This document shows, piece after piece, positions 59,623 to 64,000 of a stretch of 64,000 bases of DNA (positions are counted from its first letter, which is position 1; each line of letters begins with the position of its first letter). Made by a program: the position numbers and the translations under genes. Under the pieces are notes generated by a model. That model was not told the DNA's origin. It saw only the letters and a program-made list of their open reading frames with translations, and did not search any database. The stretch comes from an uncultured Candidatus Rokubacteria bacterium (GTDB lineage Bacteria > Methylomirabilota > Methylomirabilia > Rokubacteriales > CSP1-6). Where the stretch lies: the NCBI GenBank assembly GCA_963762145.1, contig CAVXJS010000014.1:256001-320000 (forward strand). Reading direction: 5' to 3'.

Positions 59623-60612
59623 ATGACGGGGGGCGCCATGACGGGCTTTCGATGGTCGCACCTGTTCTTCCTTCTCTCCACCTGGGTGGTGGTGTCGATC
59701 GTGGCCCTGCTGGTGGTCGGGCTGGCGTGGACGCTCCGGCTCAAGCCGCAGGCGCTCCGGGACGCGCGCGCCCAGCGCCAGGACATCGTCCGCGTGCTCG
59801 CGGGGCTGGCGGATGCCCAGGTGCGCGACAAGCTCGACGCCCTCGGCCCGCTCGCCGTCCACTTCGCGCAGGGCTGGGCCGCGCGCGAGCCGCGCGCGCT
59901 GCAGCGCGAGATCGACACGATCCGGGCGATGCTGCAGATGCCGACTCTCTTCGTGGTGTCGCCCGACGGCCGGCCGCTCGCGTTCAGTCCGCTCACCGGG
60001 CCGGACGGCACATCCAACCTCGATCTGCGCTACGCGGACCGGCCCCTCCTGCAGGAGGCCATTCGCCTCCAGGGGCCCGCGGTGTCCGGCATCATCTTCG
60101 GCCGGGCCTCGCGCGATTTCATCGTGGGCGCCGCGGTGCCGATCAAGGTGAACGAGCAGATCGTCGCCTATCTGATCGGCAGCATCCGGCTGCAGGGATC
60201 CATCGAGGCCATCGAGCAGGCCGGGCCCGGGGGCTGGCTGATCATGATCGACGCGGGGAAGCAGGCGATCTACCTGGACCGGAAGACGCGCCAGCTCACG
60301 CAGGAGGACTGGAAGAACCATCCATTCGTCGCCGAGCTGAGCCGCCGCCAGTCCGACGGCCTCGTCGCGCTGGGCGAGGACGACGAATGGCTGCTCACCA
60401 AGGCGGTGATGCCCACCCTCAAGGTGGATCTGGTCTTCGCCGCCTCGGTACGCCAGATTCTGGAGAGCCAGCGGGCGGTGCTGCTGACCCTGGTGGCCGC
60501 CCTCCTCGTCTCGGTGGCCATGAGCCTGGCCGTGAGCACGGTGACCGCCCTCCGCTTCGTACGGGAGCAGGAGGCGGCCGCGCTCAAGATGCGCGTGGGA
60601 ACGGGGGGTTAG
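59623..60612 (+). CDS. Membrane protein with an extracytoplasmic dCache-like domain and no cytoplasmic output domain
   Basis: TM1, LFVVSPDG, YADRPLLQEA, VSGIIFGR, AVPI, TM2, then about 20 aa to the stop. Confidence 0.7.
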   Translation: MTGGAMTGFRWSHLFFLLSTWVVVSIVALLVVGLAWTLRLKPQALRDARAQRQDIVRVLAGLADAQVRDKLDALGPLAVHFAQGWAAREPRALQREIDTIRAMLQMPTLFVVSPDGRPLAFSPLTGPDGTSNLDLRYADRPLLQEAIRLQGPAVSGIIFGRASRDFIVGAAVPIKVNEQIVAYLIGSIRLQGSIEAIEQAGPGGWLIMIDAGKQAIYLDRKTRQLTQEDWKNHPFVAELSRRQSDGLVALGEDDEWLLTKAVMPTLKVDLVFAASVRQILESQRAVLLTLVAALLVSVAMSLAVSTVTALRFVREQEAAALKMRVGTGG

Positions 60613-60628
60613 CGCGCCTCCGGGGGAA

Positions 60629-60661
60629 GCCGTTTCACACCCGGCCGGCGGCGGTGTCTCA
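60629..60661 (+). promoter_or_regulatory. Putative ECF-sigma promoter, copy 1 (autoregulatory)
   Basis: GCCGTTTCACACC-N9-GCGGTGTCTCA; both blocks and the spacing recur exactly at 62182. Confidence 0.7.
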
Positions 60662-60672
60662 TGGGCAGAGTG

Positions 60673-61200
60673 ATGGCAGAGGACGCGTTCGAGGCGGTGG
60701 TGGGGGCCCACCACGCGGAGATCCGGCGCTACCTGCTGCGGATCACGGCGCGCGGAAGCGACGCCGACGATCTCTCGCAGGAGACCTTTCTCCGCGCGTT
60801 CCGGGCGTACCGCGCCCTGGCGCCCGGCTCGAACGTGCGCGCGTGGCTCTTCACGATCGCCACGAACCTCGGGCGCAATCACTTCCGGGCCCAGGGGCGC
60901 CGGCGCCGGGCCTATGCGGCGGCGGCCCTCGAGATGAGGCCCGACGCGCCGGACCGGGCCGACGGCCAGGCGCTGGCCGACGAGGCGCGCGGGCGGCTGG
61001 AGCGGGCGATCGGGGAGCTGCCCGGCAAGCAGCGGCTGGCGTTCATCATGAGGAAAATGCACGAGCTCGAATACGCGGAGATCGGGGCGAGCCTGTCCTG
61101 CTCGGAGGAGAGCGCCCGCGCCCACGTCTTCCAGGCCCTCCGCAAGGTGCGGCGCAGCCTCGACGGTCATCTTCCGCTCGGAATGGAGTCCCGGTCATGA
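60673..61200 (+). CDS. ECF-family RNA polymerase sigma factor
   Basis: Region 2 DADDLSQETFLRAF...RAWLFTIA.N; region 4 LPGKQRLAF...YAEIGASL; start is 60670/60673, since the ATG at 60661 overlaps the promoter motif. Confidence 0.92.
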   Translation: MAEDAFEAVVGAHHAEIRRYLLRITARGSDADDLSQETFLRAFRAYRALAPGSNVRAWLFTIATNLGRNHFRAQGRRRRAYAAAALEMRPDAPDRADGQALADEARGRLERAIGELPGKQRLAFIMRKMHELEYAEIGASLSCSEESARAHVFQALRKVRRSLDGHLPLGMESRS

Positions 61201-62162
61201 GCCCTCAGCACCCCCTGTGCCGCGCCATCGAGCCGGACCTCCTGAGCGTCGCTGCGGGTGAGGCGGGATCCACCGCGGCGGGACGCGTGGAAGCGCACGT
61301 GGCCGGTTGCGGGCTCTGCCGGGACGAGCTCGCGCACTACCGGGCGCTCGAAGGCATGATGGGCACGCTGCGACGCGCCCCGCTCGAGGACGACGACGCG
61401 ACGCTCGCGCGCGCCCAGCTCGCCTCGCGCCTCTCGGACCTGCGCTCGCGCATGGTCGGCTTCGGGATCTTTCCGTCGCCGCTGGGGCGCATCCTCATCG
61501 GTCGCTCCGAGCAGGGCGTGGCCCTGGTACAGTACCTGCCCGCGGACGGATCGCTGTCCGCGCACGTGCGGCGGCTCCTGGGCGAGGACGCGGTCGAGGA
61601 CCGCGCGGCGACCGAGGCGCTGCGGGCGGAGCTGGTGGAGTATCTCGAGGGCCGGCGCGCGCGGCTCGACTGGCCGCTCGACCTGCGCCGGATGCGGAGC
61701 GAGTTCCAGCGGCGCGTGCTCGAGGCGACGGCCGCGCTGCCCTACGGTGCGGTCACCTCGTACGCGGGCATCGCCGCCCGCATCGGGGCACCCTCCGCGG
61801 TGCGCCCGGTCGCGCAGGCGCTGCGCTGGAACCCGCTGCCGATCGTCATCCCGTGCCACCGGGTGATTGGCGGCTCCGGCGCGCTCACCGGCTACGCGGG
61901 CCGGCGCGTGGAGCTCAAGCAGCGTCTGCTCGCGGTCGAGGGCGTGAAGACGGTCGCGACGCGGAACGACTTCAAGGTGGACCGCGAGGCCATGTACACG
62001 ATGGTCACCGGGGACAGCGAGTACTGCGTGCCCACCTGCGGCTCGCTCCTCTCCCGGCCGTTGTCCGCGCTCACGCTGTTCGGCACGCGGGAGGGCGCCG
62101 AGGCCGCCGGCTTCGAGCCCTGCACGAGCTGCCGGCCCGATCTGCACCCCCTCCCCGCCTAG
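61197..62162 (+). CDS. Fusion: ZAS anti-sigma domain + O6-alkylguanine-DNA alkyltransferase (Ogt) + Ada-type zinc domain (321 aa)
   Basis: C8-x25-H34-x3-C38-x2-C41; FQRRV, PYG...SY..IA, NPLPIVIPCHRVI (C220); C277-x3-C281-x27-GFEPC309-x2-C312RP; ATGA overlap with the sigma stop. Confidence 0.88.
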   Translation: MSPQHPLCRAIEPDLLSVAAGEAGSTAAGRVEAHVAGCGLCRDELAHYRALEGMMGTLRRAPLEDDDATLARAQLASRLSDLRSRMVGFGIFPSPLGRILIGRSEQGVALVQYLPADGSLSAHVRRLLGEDAVEDRAATEALRAELVEYLEGRRARLDWPLDLRRMRSEFQRRVLEATAALPYGAVTSYAGIAARIGAPSAVRPVAQALRWNPLPIVIPCHRVIGGSGALTGYAGRRVELKQRLLAVEGVKTVATRNDFKVDREAMYTMVTGDSEYCVPTCGSLLSRPLSALTLFGTREGAEAAGFEPCTSCRPDLHPLPA

Positions 62163-62181
62163 CCCGCCCGCGACGTCCTCC

Positions 62182-62214
62182 GCCGTTTCACACCGTCTCG
62201 CTCGCGGTGTCTCA
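62182..62214 (+). promoter_or_regulatory. Putative ECF-sigma promoter, copy 2
   Basis: GCCGTTTCACACC-N9-GCGGTGTCTCA, followed by AAGGAGG and ATG 62237. Confidence 0.7.
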
Positions 62215-62236
62215 ACGTGCGAAGGAGGACAGAACG

Positions 62237-62641
62237 ATGAGCTCGGAGACGGAGATCACGATCATGATTGTGCTGGTTCCCTTCCTCGCGGTCTGGGCGT
62301 TGCTCGCGCTGAGCCGCCGCGTCCAGCGGCGCCGCGAGGAGCGGGTGGTCCGGCAGATCGCCCTGACCGACGCCATCCACGGCGAGCTGGGCGCCGTCGC
62401 GGCCCCGGACGTGACGCGGAGCTTCGCCGGCGAGTGGACGGTCTCGATGCGCCTGCCGCTCCATCACGAGGGCATGGTGGGCGCGATCACGCGCCTCACG
62501 CAGGATCTCTTCCGCCGCCTCGACCGGCAGGATCCGCCGCGGCTGCGCCTGGTCCTGATCCCGCAGACGGTTCGGCCGTGGCGGCGGGACCGGGTGGTGG
62601 GCGTTTCCCGCGAGGCGGGGCGCCTCGACCGCGCGGCCTGA
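62237..62641 (+). CDS. Hypothetical protein with an N-terminal membrane anchor (134 aa)
   Basis: RBS AAGGAGG; ITIMIVLVPFLAVWALLAL followed by a basic stretch. Confidence 0.7.
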   Translation: MSSETEITIMIVLVPFLAVWALLALSRRVQRRREERVVRQIALTDAIHGELGAVAAPDVTRSFAGEWTVSMRLPLHHEGMVGAITRLTQDLFRRLDRQDPPRLRLVLIPQTVRPWRRDRVVGVSREAGRLDRAA

Positions 62642-62662
62642 GCGCAGAAGAGGAGAGCGGGC

Positions 62663-62878
62663 ATGGACATCAATACCTACGCCCTCGAGAAGATCGCCAA
62701 CGGGCGGCTCACCGAGCTCCGCGCCGCCGGCGCGCGGGTGGCCCTGATCGAATCGGCCCGGATCGGCCCCCGCGGGGTGGGGGTCGCGGTCGGATCCGCC
62801 CTCATCCGGCTCGGACACTGGCTGGCGCCCGCGGAGGAGGCGGCGGCGCCGAATGCAGGAGTGCGAGTCGCCCGCTGA
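62663..62878 (+). CDS. Small hypothetical protein (71 aa)
   Basis: RBS GAGGAG; amphipathic GSALIRLGHWL. Confidence 0.65.
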   Translation: MDINTYALEKIANGRLTELRAAGARVALIESARIGPRGVGVAVGSALIRLGHWLAPAEEAAAPNAGVRVAR

Positions 62879-62917
62879 AATAGTATGCTTGCCCCCAGGC
62901 CGGGGAGGGCCGGGGCC

Positions 62918-63787
62918 ATGGCGGGAACATTCGATCGGCGGGAGCAGGATCTGGGCAACATCGTGCTGCTGGAGCACGTCAACGTGCGGGTGCCGGATCA
63001 GCACGCGGCCACCCTGTTCTACATCGCCGGGCTCGGGCTGACGCGCGATCCCTACCTGATGGTGAGCGTGGAGAACATGTGGGCCAACGCGGGGCAGACC
63101 CAGTTCCACCTGCCGACCGGCGCGCCGAACGTGCTCCAGGGGCACGTGGAGATCGTGGTGCCGGATCTCGACGCGCTGATGCGGCGGCTGGCCGCAGTGC
63201 GCGAGCCGCTCGCGGGCACCCGGTTCGCCTACGAGATGCGCGACAAGCACGTGGCGGTGACGTGTCCGTGGGGCAACCAGTTCCGCTGCGTAGGCCCCGC
63301 CGCCGAGTACGGTGACATGACGCTCGGCATCTCACGGGTCGAGGTCCCGGTGGCGCGCGGCGCCGCCGCGGGCATCGTGTCCTTCTACAAGACCGCGCTC
63401 GGGGCCACCGCCTCCGTGAGCCAGGACGACGTCGGCCAGGCCGCGCGTATCAGCGTCGGCAACCGGCAGGAGATGGTGTTCCGGGAGACCGACGCCCCGA
63501 TCGCGCCCTACGACGGCCATCATGTCGCGGTCTACATCTCGGACTTCTCGGGCCCGCACGCGTGGCTGGTGGAGCACGGGCTCCTGTCCGAGGAGAGCAA
63601 TCCGTACCAGTATCGCTTCCAGGTCATTACCGACCCGGAGAGCGGCAAGAAGCTCTCGGAGATCGAGCACGAGGTGCGCTGCGTGACCCATCCCATGTAC
63701 ATGCGCCCGCTGATCAACCGCAACGCGGCCCAGCGTCAGGCCACCTACGTACGGGGGCGGGACGCTTTCGTCCCCGGGCTGCTCTAG
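62918..63787 (+). CDS. VOC/glyoxalase-like hypothetical protein
   Basis: LEHVNVRVPD..AATLFY..GLGL, QFHLP, CPWGNQF, HHVAVY. Confidence 0.7.
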   Translation: MAGTFDRREQDLGNIVLLEHVNVRVPDQHAATLFYIAGLGLTRDPYLMVSVENMWANAGQTQFHLPTGAPNVLQGHVEIVVPDLDALMRRLAAVREPLAGTRFAYEMRDKHVAVTCPWGNQFRCVGPAAEYGDMTLGISRVEVPVARGAAAGIVSFYKTALGATASVSQDDVGQAARISVGNRQEMVFRETDAPIAPYDGHHVAVYISDFSGPHAWLVEHGLLSEESNPYQYRFQVITDPESGKKLSEIEHEVRCVTHPMYMRPLINRNAAQRQATYVRGRDAFVPGLL

Positions 63788-63812
63788 GACAGCTCCGGGG
63801 CGCCGAGGAGGA

Positions 63813-64000
63813 ATGCGTATGCTCGCTGACCGCTACGTCAAGACTCTGCTCACCGTGATCGCGCTGGCGCTGGTGGCCATTGCCGCGCACCTGTGGCAGG
63901 GCCAGCTCCGGCCGGCCGCGGTGGACGCTCAGCCGGTCGCCAAGTACGGCGAGGTCGGTCTCCCCAAGGCGTGGGGCAAGCTCGTCGGCTTCTCGAACAA
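63813..64000 (+). CDS. Hypothetical exported protein (3' part runs off the window)
   Basis: RBS GAGGAGG; MRMLADRYVKTLLTVIALALVAIA... Confidence 0.6.
   Translation, partial: MRMLADRYVKTLLTVIALALVAIAAHLWQGQLRPAAVDAQPVAKYGEVGLPKAWGKLVGFSN

Noticed and set aside
59550-61196. Upstream extension making the Ogt fusion 870 aa
   Set aside because: Off-frame overlap with the Cache and sigma genes; the real start is the coupled ATG at 61197.
1-64000. tRNA, rRNA, transposase, integrase, prophage or defence-system genes
   Set aside because: No recognisable motifs seen by eye; small ncRNAs cannot be excluded without an Infernal scan.

Overview
High-GC (roughly 70%), gene-dense bacterial chromosomal segment. 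It carries three Liv-type ABC clusters, TctABC, three orphan PF04392-type substrate-binding proteins, many catabolic oxidoreductases and CCCTCTCCCC-type intergenic palindromes. This content suggests a Candidatus Rokubacteria/Methylomirabilota-like soil bacterium (inference). Single-base indels are frequent and very dense at about 27.6-35.2 kb, which points to an unpolished long-read consensus. I saw no rRNA, tRNA, CRISPR-Cas or transposase. The most interesting locus is 60.6-62.9 kb. An ECF sigma factor is translationally coupled to a soluble three-domain protein: a ZAS anti-sigma zinc motif, an O6-alkylguanine alkyltransferase (PCHR) and an N-Ada-type Cys4 domain. An identical bipartite motif (GCCGTTTCACACC-N9-GCGGTGTCTCA) lies before the sigma gene and before two downstream small genes. 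Together this looks like an ECF-based DNA-alkylation adaptive response. Other highlights: a monocistronic AT-hook + zinc-ribbon protein, a palindromic element inserted in-frame in two unrelated proteins, Ku/LigD NHEJ, and a SET protein with Trp at the normally invariant Tyr.
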